Below, piece after piece: positions 36,875 to 50,530 of a stretch of DNA of 64,000 nucleotides (the stretch's first letter is position 1; every line of letters begins with the position of its first letter). The position numbers and the translations under genes were made by a program. This DNA is from Leucoraja ocellata. Its lineage: Eukaryota. Under the pieces are notes generated by a model. That model had not been told where the DNA came from and made no database searches. It worked only from the letters and a program-made list of their open reading frames with translations. Where the stretch lies: NCBI GenBank assembly GCA_036785375.1, contig JAWMAR010000008.1, positions 806,001 through 870,000 of the forward strand, in the 5' to 3' direction.

Positions 36875-38089
36875 AGGATTGGCGCAGAAAAGTGGTGCTG
36901 AGGTTAAAGTTCAGCCATGATCCACTGAAATGGCACAGCATGCACAAAATGCCGAATGGCCTACTGCTTTGTTTTATACTGTTATGTTTAACTGACACAA
37001 CATTATCATAGATAATTCTAGCTTGCCATCCAACACACTCTGATTTAATACAATGCAACTTGATTGGTGACATTTTTGTTTGAGTTGTTCACTTCCAATG
37101 TTCGTGAAGTCTCATAATGGAACCCTTTTATTTTTCAAATAGCCTCTGATAGATTCTTCTCTACATGAAAGCAAAGCTATCTGTTTATGAATATAATCAA
37201 TTTCAAAGTTCACAAAAACTTTGCATCAAACTTAAAAATACAAAATACTGCAGACATCCTGCTTTGTATCATTCCCAAAAATTGTAAACAAGAGGGATTC
37301 TAGTGCAATCCCCGTGGAGCTTCACTGCAGGCATTTCTTCCTGAAGCAAAATGCTTCACACTGATCATCCTCCGCTGACTATGGTAACAAAGCCAATTCT
37401 GAATTAAATCAGACAACCTGTCTACTATGCCACGAGCCATAAGCTTCCTTACTAGTCTTGCATGAAGAGCTTTGTCAAATGTCTTTTGAAAACCCAAACA
37501 AACTACATCTATTAGATTTCACTAGCTGGCTAGTATAGTGGCTTCAACATAGATGCCAGCAGGCTTGTGAGGCATCACCTATTGCTTCAAAACATGTTGA
37601 CAGCTGCCTAAGAATCTATGCTGTTAAAAAATACATTTATTGCATGCTGCAGAAGTCCTTTGAGCAATTTTACTACCACATTTATTTATTTTATTTAGCG
37701 GATGCAAAGTCCTTTAGCCAAGCAGTTGCCTCTTGATTTGCTGTATGAAGGGTGACAAGTCCTCCTTTGAGTCTTTGTTGACGGCATGCTTCAACAGCAC
37801 TACCACAGATGTTGACTAACTGGCCTGTAATCACCATGTCCCCACTCTACTCATTTTGAAAATGGCAGTCACAATCCATGGGGATTTCTTGCATAGCTGA
37901 ACTCTGCAAAAAATTAATTAAATCATCATTCATTTCCTCCTCCACGGAGGGTTGGAGGAGGAAATTTATGATGGAGTATTCGTCCGCGGAGGCGGTATGA
38001 GTTGGGCATAGAATAAGAAAGCTGCAAGCACTCGAAGAAAGTTGCAAGGACTCCCAATAGCAAACGGGAGGTAGAGGAACAGATCTGTA

Positions 38090-39292
38090 AACAGTTTACC
38101 GAAAGTTGCCAAAGCATCAAGTGTCTTACTGATTTGATCAGGTTTTTTGAGGAGGTGATGAAGATGATCGATGAAGATAGGGCTGTATATGTTAGCAAGG
38201 CATTTGATAAAGTCCCCTATGGTAGATCCACAAGATTGGTCGTATGGATTTCGAACTGGCTTACTGATGGAAGACAGAGGGTTGTGGTGGAAGAACAATA
38301 TTCAGGCTGGAGGTCTGCGGCCAGTGGAAAGTTATAGGTTTGCAGATGAAACCAAGATTGCTGGACTTTGAGGAAGGATGCTAAACTATACAAGCAGATA
38401 TAGATCAGGTACAGAAATGAGCAGAGAAGTAGCAGACGGCATTTAATATGTGCGTAAGGTGGTACACTTTGGGAGACCCTTAACTGCATTGATGTACAGA
38501 GGGATCTTGGAGTCCAAAAGTCCAAAACTCCCTAAAAGTGATAACACAAGTAGTGGTAGAGAAGACATATGGTATGCTTGCCTTCATTGGTCAAGGCATT
38601 GAGTATAAGAGGCAGCCAGTCATAATACAGTTTTAATGGACTTTGTTTAGGCCATATTTAGAATATTGTGAGTCGACACAAAATGCTGGAGTAACTCAGC
38701 GGGACAGGCAGCATCTCTGGAGAGAAGGAATGGGTGACGTTTCAGGTCAAGACCCGTCTTCAGAATATTCTTTAAAATATTGTGTGCAGTTCTCGTGGCC
38801 CCATTTGAGGAAGGATGTGGAGGCTTTGTAAAGGGTGCAGAGAAGGTTTACTACAATGGTGCATGGAATTGGGGTTATTAGCTACAGGGATAGGTTGGAC
38901 AGAGACCTGAAAGAAGTATACCAAATTAGTATATCAAGTATACTAAGTCTGAGTTCAAAAGCACCGAGAGGGGAGACAGTCAGAATATTTTTCCCAGGAT
39001 GGAAAAATCGAATACTAGAGGGCATCGTTTTAACGTCAGAGGGGCATAGTTTAAAGGAGATGTGCGGGGCAAGTTTTTTTTACAGAGGATGGTGATTGCC
39101 TGGAAAACGCTGACAGGGGTAGCGAATGAAGCAGATACATTGGTGGCATTTAAAAGACTTTTGGACAGGCATATGGATATGCAGGGAATGGAGCAATGTG
39201 GATTATTTGCAGGCAGAATAGTGATGTTCTTGGCATCATGTTCGGCATAGACATTGTGCGCTGAAAGACCTTTTCTTCTGCTGTATCATTCG
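38090..39292 (+). mobile_element. Degraded CR1 ORF2 and 3' UTR with nested Penelope half-palindrome (about 38670-38763)
   Basis: FFEEVMKMIDEDRAV, SKAFDKVPYGR, FADETKIAG, RPYLEYC.../YCVQFSWPH, QRRFTTMV motifs. Confidence 0.85.
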
Positions 39293-39737
39293 ATGTTAAT
39301 TTTTTGACTATTTTTGGGATGTACTTTGCTCGGTCTGGATCCTTGTGGATATCTAAGTAGCTCCGGTTTTCAAATACACATTCATTATTTTGTAATAGAT
39401 TAATTTCCTTCATTTACCAGGATGAAAAAAAAACTTGGTTTGTCTTTGCAAAAATTGATGTATGGAATCTATTCAACACATGCGCCATATTCTAATAATC
39501 TAGACTTGATTCACTTCATTCATTATACATGACCTTCTTTCTGATAACACATTCATAAAACCATTTCCTCTGGGTCTCCCTTTGCTTTGGCAGTGGCATA
39601 TTTCTTACTGCACTAGTTTTGTTAGCTAATGTTGTCTTATTCACACCACCAGTTCCAAAATTTGCATTCCCAAGAACCTGTCCTTCCATGTTACAGCCAA
39701 GTCTTTGCTTGCACAACATTTAATCCATATCTAAGTG

Positions 39738-40024
39738 TTAGGTTTAACGAAACAGCATGGAAACAGGTCCTTTGGCCCACAGAATCTACGCTGACCAACG
39801 ATCACGTGCACTAGTTCTGTCCGACACACTAGGGACAATTTTATAGAAGCCAATTAACTTACAAACCTGCACTTCTTTGGAATGTGGGAGGAAACCGGAG
39901 GACATGGAGAAACACCACAGGGTGAACGTGCAAACTCCATACAAACAGCACCCGTAGTCAGTATCAAACTTGGGGTCTCTGATGCTGTAAGGTAGCAACT
40001 CTACCACAGCACCACGGTGATGCC
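39738..40024 (-). mobile_element. HE1-like SINE
   Basis: Reverse complement of the 33743-34040 family. Confidence 0.82.
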
Positions 40025-40065
40025 CTTAAATTGGTCTTTATGTCTGTTACCTTAAGTTGAGCAAA

Positions 40066-41170
40066 CTAGACATCCACTGGAGTTTAGATGAAATTTGATA
40101 GAAACATAAAAGATTCCGAGGGCAGAGGAGAGAGAGGAGGGGGGAGAGAGGGGTGAAGGGGGAGAGAGTGGGGAGTGGGGGGAAAGGGAGGGGGAGGGAG
40201 GTGGAGTGGGAGGGGAGGGGAGAGGGGGTGGGGGTGAGAAGGGGGGAATGGGGGTGAGAGGGGAGAGGGGAGGGAGGGCTGGAGGGGGGGGAAGGGGGAG
40301 GGAGAAGTAGTGGGGGAGGGAGAGGGGGTGAGAGAAAGGGAGGGGGGTGAGAGAGCGGGAGGGGGAGGGGGAGGGGACAGGGGGAGATGGAGAGAGAGGA
40401 GGTGGTGAGAGAGGAGGGGGAGAGAGGAGGGGGAGAGAGAGGAGGAGGAGAGGGGGAAGGGGGGAGAGAGAGGAGGGGGGGAGAGGGGGAGAGAAAGGAG
40501 GGGGCAGAGAAGGGGAGGGTGGAGAGGGGGGTGGGGGGGTAGAGAGAGGGTGGGGGAAGAGAGATTAGAGGGAAGAGAGGAGTGGGGAGAGAGGAGGGAG
40601 TGAGAGGAGGAGGGGGTGGAGAGGTGGAGGGTAGCCGGGAGAGTGAGTGGGCTGCGAAAACCGGAGATAGCCCGGGGAGAGAGTGAGAGAGAAAGAGAAA
40701 GAGAGAGAGAGAGAGTACAGGGCCCGACTCTCTGGAAACCTGGAGCGGGTATCAGCGGGGGGGGAGCAGGATAGGAGCGGTTAGCAGCGGGAGGGAGGGG
40801 GCGGGGTAGGGGCGTGACTTCACTCGGAGCGAGGGGACAGGATGGTGACATAATTTGTGGTAAACAGTGTGCCTGCGCGTTGCCAGCAGCTGCTTTAATC
40901 CAGAGCCGGCGGGTGAGCTGGGCCACGAGCAAAGGCATTGTGAAGTCATCAGCTGGCCAGCGGTTAGATTTGAAAAAAAGTCAGATTTCGGAACTATTTT
41001 AGTGAAAAACCCGGGAAATAATTACCCAAATTTACAGGTGAGGGTTTTATTGAAATCATGAGGTAAATCTCTACCGGAATATGTAAAAATTTCACTGTTT
41101 CGGCATCAGGTTTTCGAGGAGATGTCAATCAAAGGTGAAATGACACACACAGTTTTAATATGATGTATAA
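40066..41170 (-). mobile_element. Helitron-like non-autonomous element carrying a long GA-rich tract
   Basis: 3' CTAG|T at 40066-40069 on -. The other end (cacacacagttttaata) resembles that of the 9343 element. The 5' TC end is degenerate. Confidence 0.45.
40118..40716 (+). repeat. Polypurine (G/A-rich) low-complexity tract
   Basis: About 600 bp of mostly G/A with many G3+ runs. Confidence 0.95.
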
Positions 41171-41947
41171 TTTGTTTCTGTGCGTTTCTCTGAGCCTGTG
41201 TGTATGACATGCTGCAAGCAACATTTTGCATTGTATCTTTACATAACTGTTTTTATGCATATGACAATAAATTCAACGATCTTGAACATGATCAATCCCG
41301 CGTGGTCAGGAATATACTATTTACTAAAGCCTTCTTTTTTTTTTTAAACCAAAATTGCTTTTAACCGACCTGCTAACCTTGTGCTGCTGATCGCTACTAG
41401 TTACTAACTAATAATAATTTTAAATTGACCATTGCGTTGGTCTACTTTACAACAGTAGCTGCATTTTTTAAGTATTTAACCATCTACAAAGTGATTTGAA
41501 AACACAAATGTAATTGTAAGCTTGCTTTCTTTTTTCCTGTTTTTCCCCACTCTGCTGGGACATATTCCCTGTGGGAGCAACCTACATCTTGCACGTAATC
41601 TGCCATCATAAATCAGGAACCCTAATCCAATACCCCCTCCCTCTATGCTGCCAACATGACTGCAATGTGTTTTTGTATCTAATCTGTTGCTCTTGTACAC
41701 ATATGGAACAAGGCACCATGGAGTTCAATGGTAGAGATAAAGTACATTGATTTGCAACGTAATTCCACAAGTACGTGCGGCCAAATTTCCACCCCGCTTT
41801 TCCAACGTTGTTGATTCCTATAGGAATAAAACGTCTGGGTTGAACCAATGTGGACGGTAAGAAGCATAGGGGCGAAGAATTATCCAACTGATTTTCATCA
41901 CTGGAGGTAGTGATGGAGTAGAATTACCAGCATGCCAATGATAGACT

Positions 41948-42340
41948 TTGATCTTATAGAAACATATACAATTCTTAAGGGATTGGACAGGCTAGATGCA
42001 GAAAACATGTTTCTGATGTTGGGGGAGTCCAGAGCCAGGGGTCACAGTTTAAGAATAAGGGGTAGGCCATTTAGGACTGTGAGGAAAAAAAATTCAGCCA
42101 GAGAGTTGTAAATCTGTGGAATTCTCTGCCACAGAAGGCAGCGGAGGCCAATTCACTGGAAGTATTCAAGAGAGAGTTAGACTTAGCTCTTAGGGCCAAT
42201 GGAATCAAGAAGTATGGAGAAAAAGCAGGAACAGGGTATTGATTCTGGATGATCAGCCATGATCATATTGAATGGCGGTGCTGGCTCGAAGGGCCGAATG
42301 GCCTACTTCCTGCACCTATTTTCTATGTTCTATGTCTCTA
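41948..42340 (+). mobile_element. Young CR1 LINE 3' end
   Basis: DLIETYTILKGLDRLDAENMF remnant and tail gaagggccgaatggcctact...(ttctatg)n. Same family as the 7448 and 49909 copies. Confidence 0.88.
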
Positions 42341-43989
42341 TAGAGGAGAGCACTTGCTTGAAGAAAATAGTGAAGCATTAAGATTAAACTTATCATTTGT
42401 GTTTCAATGCCAAGATGTCAATGAATGTCTTGTAAATGCAAAATCTGAGCCGCATCTTTAAAGTTAGGGGGATATGCTTACTTATAGTAAAAATACAGCA
42501 ATTTTCATGGTATCTATCCAGTCAGATCCCCAGTTCTTGCCACCTGGGATGCAATTAACTATTGTTTACATGCAACTAGATGACTTTAAAAAGCCAATTA
42601 CACTGAAAGTTTATTCTATTTTAATGAGTTGACTCCACAGAATGGTGGCCATCTCAGTAAGAAAGGGGTTAACTTGTGTTACGATAGCCAATTATTCCAT
42701 CACAATGTTTGCTAGACTAAACTATATCAAGAATGGTTTGTGGAAGCAGCATTTGAAATCACACTCGTTCCAAGCCAATTCAAGTGTTGTTATGCTCAAA
42801 TTGCCTGCTGAATCTAAAATGAATGTAACTCGGTGTAATTTGCCCACATGTGTTGACCCAAATTTAGAACAGAGCTAATGGCTCTTTAACATGGTAAGGT
42901 AGTAGGTTACAAAAGAGCAAGGCTTTTGTTTTCTTGAGAACGAGGTTGCCAAATACAAGTTAAGCAACCATACAGTTTTCTGGTGTAAATATTGTAAACT
43001 AATTAATTTTAATTGCTACGTAGGGTGATTCCAATTTTTAAATTCTTTCCTCTCTCTTACGGATGACTAATTTGTACGGTGATGGTTCCAAGGAAGAACG
43101 CCAAGTCTGTGCATGCTGACCTGCAGACTTCCCTGCATGAGTCAGTTTTGTTGGTCTCCAAGGTGCCTCCCCTTGGCTGTGCGAGCATGGAAGAGGTGAC
43201 GGAAGTATTAAATCTCCTATTTATAGTGAGGCAGAACAAGAAATCTCATGATGTCTTGTAGGTTAACTGGCTTGGTATAAATGTAAATTGTCCCTTGTAT
43301 GTGCAGGATAGTGTTAGTGTGCGGGGATTGCTGGTAGGCACGGACTCGGTGGGCCGAAGGGCCTGTTTTCCACGCTCTATCTCTAAACTAACCCAAACTA
43401 CAACATCAGTAAAGCAGAAAAAGGATGTTCATCCTGGATTTCTTAATTTCTTCCTCACCCAGCCAGTCCAGAACTAGCTCATCAGAAGTCTTGCAGAAAA
43501 AAACCCCTTGGAAAAATACAGACGCATGCAAGTTTCATTGAATCTTACATCCAAATAACAGAAAGCACAATGGTCCTTTATTTGTACCCTTTCAGGATAC
43601 AATGCCAGACAATCCTGAACAAAGGAACAAGGGAGATTAAAGCTTCCTGAAGAGAAGGTGACGTGCTGTTCCTCTGACATGCAACCATGAGAACATTGGA
43701 GGCCGAGGTGGGTGGCGAGAGTTCAACGCCAGAGGAGTATTTATCTGCTTTGACCTCTCTCAGTGCTCCAGCTCAGGGGTCCAATCTTCTCCAATGGGCT
43801 GTCAATAGAACGCTGCCATCCAGATCCTTTGTTCATTCTTCCCACAGGTCATTCAAGATACTCAGGAGGAAAATGGGAACCAGGACAAAAGGGAGGGGGA
43901 GAGCAACTAGCTTTTGGAGAACAGCATAGTCCCCTGTTTTACTGTTACTGTTCACATGACTATGTAACCAGACACATCTTCAATGCCAT

Positions 43990-44336
43990 TTTTAACAAAG
44001 CCAATGACACCACCATTATTCGATGAATAACAGGTAATGACAAGTCAAAGTACAGGAGGTAGATCAATAATCTGGTTGAGTGATGCCAGGACAACACTCT
44101 TGTTCTTAACAGTAACATGACCAAGAAGCTGATTGTCGACTTCAGCAAGGGACAGCTGAGGGATCTGCACCTGTCTTATTTGTAGAATAGAGTGGAGAGA
44201 GTCAACAGCTTCAAATTGGTTACATCGTGGCTTGGTTTGGTAACTCAAATGTTCAAGAACAAAGGAGGCTGCAGAAAGTGGTGGACATTGACCAGTCTAT
44301 CATGGGCACAGATCTCTCCACCATAGAAGGTATTAG
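43990..44336 (+). mobile_element. Rex1-like LINE RT fragment
   Basis: ANDTTIIRRITGND...TKKLIVDFSKG...VERVNSFK. Confidence 0.7.
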
Positions 44337-44631
44337 ACTTTAGAGATACAGCACAGAAAAAAAGGCCCTTTGCCCCACCAAGATCATGCTGATCTGCAAT
44401 CACCCCATACACCAGCATTATCCTACACACTAGGGACATTTTTACAATTTTTACCAAAGCCAATTAACCTACAAACCTGGAGTGTGGGACGTAACCGGTG
44501 CACCCAGACAAAACCCCCGTGGTCACAGGGAGAACGTACAAACTCCGTACATACAGCGCCTGAGGTCAGGATCGAACCCGTGTTTCTGGCTCAGTAAGGC
44601 AGCAACTCTATCGCTGCTCCACTGTGGCACC
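44337..44631 (-). mobile_element. HE1-like SINE
   Basis: Reverse strand has A box, B box gggttcgatcctgacc and tail. Confidence 0.82.
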
Positions 44632-46984
44632 CTTCCTCTTCTACAGTCTTTGAACGAGGTTTAGTTGCCACCCCCCCCCCCCCCCCCCCCCACACCCCAA
44701 CTTGGTAGCAATGGTGGCCAGGGGTTTGGCCAAGCCCTGTGCCTACAACAAGCCTGTATCAACAGCAATTACTACCTCAAGAAGGCAGCTAATGTCAATG
44801 ATCCAGGCCACCTTCAGAAAGAAAAAGTAAGAATTTCATTATTCTGGTTCATATTTGGTGCACATGTCAAATAAGCTCTCGCTTGATGTTACAACAGTAA
44901 TATCTACAATATGCCCTCTTGTGTGAGATGATAAACAGTGTGACATCCAAATCCAATGAGACAAGAGTGAGAGGTCAAAAGATAAATTTCGTGCTAGCAT
45001 GAATTTTCAAATCAGAACCTTTTTTCAAATGTATAACGTCCTGAAGCCTGTTTCATATAGCATTTTCACAGCATTAAGTGGAATTAAGATCCAGTCCCCG
45101 ACTCCATGGGATCAGCTCCCATTCCAGTACATTGAACAGAGAAGCTCGACTGATTCCGCTGAGTGGGAACTCGCCTGCCATCTTCCAAATGAGATATTTA
45201 AAAGGGTTGCCATCTGCTCTTTGATGTGCATATAAAACACTTACAAGAGAAGCAGGAAGTCCATCCCAGATGTCCTGCCCAATATTTATTTTTCATTAAA
45301 CATCACTTATGTGAGCAAATTAGCTGTCCGCTCTGTCACTGCTGTTGGCAGGAGTTAGCTTTGTGCAATTTGGGGGGGGCTGTCTTTCCTAACGTGACTA
45401 CTATACAGAAATACTTTTGCATTTTGAAAGGAATGGGAAGAATGCCTTCAACGGATAACGTCAGAGCACTATTGTCTCCGTGGCAGTGCCAGAGTGACGT
45501 AGAGAATCCTTCAGGAGGGAATGTCTGAGTTAAAAAGCAGTTCAAAATAACCCAAGCCTTACAATGATGCATGTCTCTGGTGCAAAATTGTTGTTGAGAA
45601 TGAGCACTGGGAAATAAAAACCACACAAGTTCTTCTCCACAGTGCTTGTGTCTAGGAAACTCAAACATTGACCTGCTCTATCAAGAACAATGGATGTATG
45701 TCCAGTATTAAATCTGTGTATGTTCTTAGCTGGAGCCTGTGGTCAGCTGACAGCGAAAGTTCCATTTATGCATTAAAATCATCAATAGCACAGATGGTTG
45801 TCAAGAAAATTTGCAACACTTTCAGCCACTACACTTCTTCATTTTAGGTAGATAACAATGCAGAGTTGTTTGCCTGAAATATTATCTTTATTTTTTTACT
45901 TCACAGAGCAGCCTGCCGCTTATTGACCAGTTCGATGAATTACCATCGCCCAACAGACACAGAGATCCCAATCCCATGTAGCTCAGGTACAGGAAGAAGG
46001 GTCTCGACACGAAACGTCACCCATTCCTTCTCTCCAGAGATGCTGCCTGTCCCGCTGAATTACTCCAGTTTTTAGTGTCTATATACAGTAAGTATAATGC
46101 CTGGAGACCTCCCATGAGTCCATAAACATAGCCACTGACGTGGACTCCAATTAAGAATGAAGGAATACGGCCTACATCCCACCTGCCTCTTTAGCATCCT
46201 CATGGCCAATGTACAGTCCCTGGAAAATAAGATTGAGGATTCAAGGGCACGACTACTTCCTAAATTCTAGGAGCAGAATTAGGCCATTCGGTCAACTCCA
46301 CCATACAATCATGGCTGATCTATCTTTTTCTCTGAACTCCAATCTCCTGCCTTCGCTCCACAGCCCCTGATACCCTTACCAACCAATTGCTTTACCAAAG
46401 GGTTTTGAGGGAATGCTGTGTTGGCTGTTTTACGATGATGTGGCTTATCCTCAGCTCTCCTGACTTGGTCTTCCAGCCTGAAGATTTCTCGAGGCATAGC
46501 ATAGATCCATGGCATCATCAGCAAAAGGAGAGGCAGTGGTGTCTGCCTCTTGGTAAACTCTTTGTGGTGCTTGGATGTGGCAGTTTTGTCCAATTCTGGA
46601 GGGGCTCTCTCTCGGCCTGGTCTGGGCTCCATGTCAGATACCCCATGAAGTTGGGCCCTTAGTTTAGCCAGGCATCAAGGTCAAGTCATGAAGTAAGCTG
46701 CTCTCACCGATCGGTGTGCATGTCCAAGTCCGGCCTTCAGAAGAACAGTAGTTTGCTGGCATCTCACACAGCTGTGTCAATATCGGTTCGAACACTCGGG
46801 TGATCTGGCAGTTTGGGACCTCTGTTGGGTTGGGTGCACTGGTCTGGTCGTGAGTCCAGTGGACTGGGCTTCACCACGTAAGCGATTTTTTTTCTGTCAG
46901 CACATGAAATCGGGTGCTTCAGGTCTTGCTAGGCCTCATTCTAGGCCTTGCTCCAGGCTCTGTTCTTGTCTTTGCTAATTGTGT

Positions 46985-47350
46985 CCGTTCAAATCAGGTT
47001 GGGATGGGTTGGTGATGAAGAGGGTCAACAGCTTCATATTTCTGGGCATATACATCTCAGATTATCTATCCTGGGCCCAGCACACTAATGCAATCGCAAA
47101 GAAAGTTCACCTCGGCCCATACATCCTCAGAGGTTTGTGGAGATTCACACCTTATATACCATTGAACATCTACAGAGGAGAGCATACTGACTGATTGCAT
47201 TAGTCATTTGAACGTTCAAGAATGAAGGAGAGTGCACTCTTGTCTATCACGGGTACTGAATGTCCCACCATAAAAGAGATCTAGAGGATGCACTGTCTGA
47301 AGAAGGCAGCTAATATTATCAAAGAACCCAGAACTACCCTGGCCTTGTTC
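46985..47350 (+). mobile_element. Rex1-like LINE fragment
   Basis: KRVNSFIFLGIYISDYLSWAQHTNAIAKK motif. Confidence 0.7.
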
Positions 47351-49907
47351 TCTTGCATCAGTGCTGAGCCCTATATTGTTTATCATCTATATCAACGATT
47401 TGGATGATAATTCACAAATTTGCAGATGAGACTAAAATAGATGTTATTGCAGACAATGAAGATGGTTATGAAAACTCCTAAAATCTTGAAACTCTCTTGC
47501 TAGATGGCCTTCTCTGAGGCATACATTTTTTATGATGCTACGTTGGATAAGTCTGCATATGGTGACCTCTATGTGGTCCTCTATGTATTACTGGTGAATG
47601 TCGTTTATTAATCTAGCAATGTGTACAGCTTTTATTGCAGTTGGTTGTATCTTGCTGTGAAAAGCTGGTTATTGCAGTTATCCATATCTCACTTTGTAAA
47701 ACTATTAAAGGCATTATGGGAATATCTTGCTGTATGAGTCTGTTCACTGCAGAATATCAATATTTAATTCATAAAATATTGGTCTCTCAATACACAAGGC
47801 GGGTTACTGCAGTTACCATATCCTGTTGTGAAACTGGTTCTTTCAATGCTCAAAATGTTGCTGTAACGAAGCCTGATTATTTTAGGATATCAATACCTTG
47901 GGCAGGTTTGATTATTTTATTGCCCCGTAATTAAAGTTATTCAAGTGTATCCACATCTCGGTGCGGAAAGCTGTTTGATGGAGCGCAGTATCTTGCTTGA
48001 TACTGTTTTGCATCAATATCTCACTGTGCAAGAGTGGTTATTATGTGTAACATGTTACAGTGCATCAGTAATCAATGTAGAAGCCTGTGTAGTGCATCAA
48101 TATCTGACGGTGTAAGGATGATTATTCTATATTTGATTATGGTAATTTTGGTGAGTCAGGTGTGCAACAATTATATTGTATATCAATACCTTACTATTTG
48201 CTCTTTTTCAGTATTTATCAGTAACTCTTGATGGCTCCGTGTTGATCTTCCTGCAGATAAAGCAGGTCTATTATTACCTGTAGAAAGGGATTGCAGATGC
48301 TGGTATATACCGAAGATAGACACAAAGTGCTGGAGTTACTCAGTGGGTCAGTCAGCATCTCTGGAGAAAACTCGGGAGACCACTTCTAGTGGTCAGTGAA
48401 TTTTCTGTGCCCTTCCTATGTAATTTCTCTCTTGCATTGTTCTGTGAAAACACCAGTTACACAGACAGACTCACACCCGGACAACAGATCACTCTTTCCA
48501 TTCAATCGCTTTGGTTTCAGATCCAACGTAACCTACCTTTTCAAAGGCTATTCACAGACACTCCATCCCACCTTTTCCAAGATTGCAAGGTAAGGAAGGC
48601 TGTACAGGGCATTCATTCAAGGCGAGGCTCAGAATTACAACAATCCACCCTTGATTTCTGTGCTTCCATTAAAAATCTTTTTTTTTGTTAACTTTGATTC
48701 TCCCAGAGCGTTGCTGATTAGTAATTGATTGGGTTAATTGACTGAAAATCAGTGTCACTTATTTTCCCTATTAACCCTATTAATGGTGAATTCTAATAGA
48801 GCCTAAAATAAATCAGAATACATCATATTTCATGTTAAATGTTTATAGCTCCGAGAGAACACCGTTTTGCAATGGACTAGAATTATGTTTCTTCCTCCTT
48901 AGGCTTATTGTGATATGATATTAATTATCACTGATATAAGCAAGTTTGAAAGCCAGCTATTAACTTCCATGTATTAAATGAGCAATATATCCAAACCACT
49001 GGTAGTTTGCGGTCAGCAGTTTACTCTTAGGGCAATGATTGATGGGATTGAGGTGAGAGGGCTCTGCAAAGGGCACTAGCTCAAATTCCACAAGAGGTTT
49101 TACAAGACCTGTTGCAATAGCAGTTGACAGACATTACAACTTCACAATCTCAGCACCACATCTCACAACCGTTTTCACCATGAAAATTAAACTCTTGATG
49201 GCTCTCTTAAATACCACTAATCAAATCAAGTCTGCAGTCATGTTACATCTGCAAAGTAGTCGCCTTTTTCCCCTTGCCATTTTTTAAAATATTGTTAGCT
49301 GCAAGGGATCTGCATTGGACTACATTCAACAATGGGAGGGGTGGAAGTGTGGTTGAACCAGATGCTGCATTTACACCAGCCATAGTAATATGTTTTCTGG
49401 TTCAGGACCCACATATATATACAGTAACCCACTCCCTCTGCCCTGATGAGACTAACCCATGCAATTATGTGGCACTTCCCAAAGGAAGAGAATATTTATC
49501 AGGTTGAACATTTCCTGTAATATCTTTTTTATTTAATTTTCATTTCGATAGGTATTGGCCAATCTCAAAATATTACGTAATTTGGAAGCTTCACCCTCTT
49601 TTGAATTTACATAAGAGATACCTCAATTTGACTAGATTGAGGATTTCGAAAGCCAAAATGGCATTACAATATGCTAATCTACAGTTCATTGACCTGCCCC
49701 ATTGTATCTGTCTCCAATGCTTCATACTACACTGGGAATTCTGCTTTCCAATCAACAGTTGTCAAAAGACAGTCTGCTCAGAGAAGCTTACCACAATTGC
49801 CACCCTTGCTATTGGCATAGAATTAGAGGACCCATGCAGAAATGACCAATAGCTCCTTTGCCAAAATATATAATCCCAACCAGCATTATCAACTCTCAAA
49901 TGTTGTG

Positions 49908-50530
49908 CATAGAAACATAGAAAATAGGTGCAGGAGTAGGCCATTCGGCCCTTCGAGCCTGCACCGCCATTCAATATGATCATGGCTGATCATCCAACTC
50001 AGTATCCTGTACCTGCCTTCTCTCCATACCCCCTGATCCCTTTAGCCACAAGGGTCACATCTAACTCCCTCTTAAATATAGCCAATGAACTGGCCTCAAC
50101 TACATTCTGTGGCAGAGAAATCCAGAGGTTCACCACTCTCTGTGTAAAAAATGTTATTCTCATCTCAGTCCTAAAAGATTTCCCCTTTATCCTTAAACTG
50201 TGACCCCTTGTTCTGGACTTCCCCAACATCGGGAACAATCTTCCTGCATCTAGCCTGTCCAACCCCTTAAGAATTTTGTAAGTTTCTATAAGATCCCCCC
50301 CTCAATCTTCTAAATTCTAGCGAGTACAAGCCGAGTCTATCCAGTCTTTCTTCATATGAAAGTCCTGACATCCCAGAAATCAGTCTGGTGAACCTTCTCT
50401 GTACTCTCTCTATGGCAAGAATGTCCTTCCTCAGATTAGGAGACCTAAAATGTACACAATACTCCAGGTGTGGTCTCACCAAGACCCTGTACAACTGCAG
50501 TAGAACCTCCCTGCTCCTATACTCAAATAC
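49908..50530 (-). mobile_element. Young CR1 LINE 3' end (about 620 bp)
   Basis: ORFs 50267-50545 and 49999-50262: LLQLYRVLVRPHLEYCVHF...RVQRRFTRLI...FFTQRVVNLWISLP. Confidence 0.92.

Noticed and set aside
40084-40938. 284-aa Pro/Leu/Ser-rich ORF, the longest in the window
   Set aside because: Artefact of the C/T-rich low-complexity strand, which lacks stop codons. No domain or splice support.
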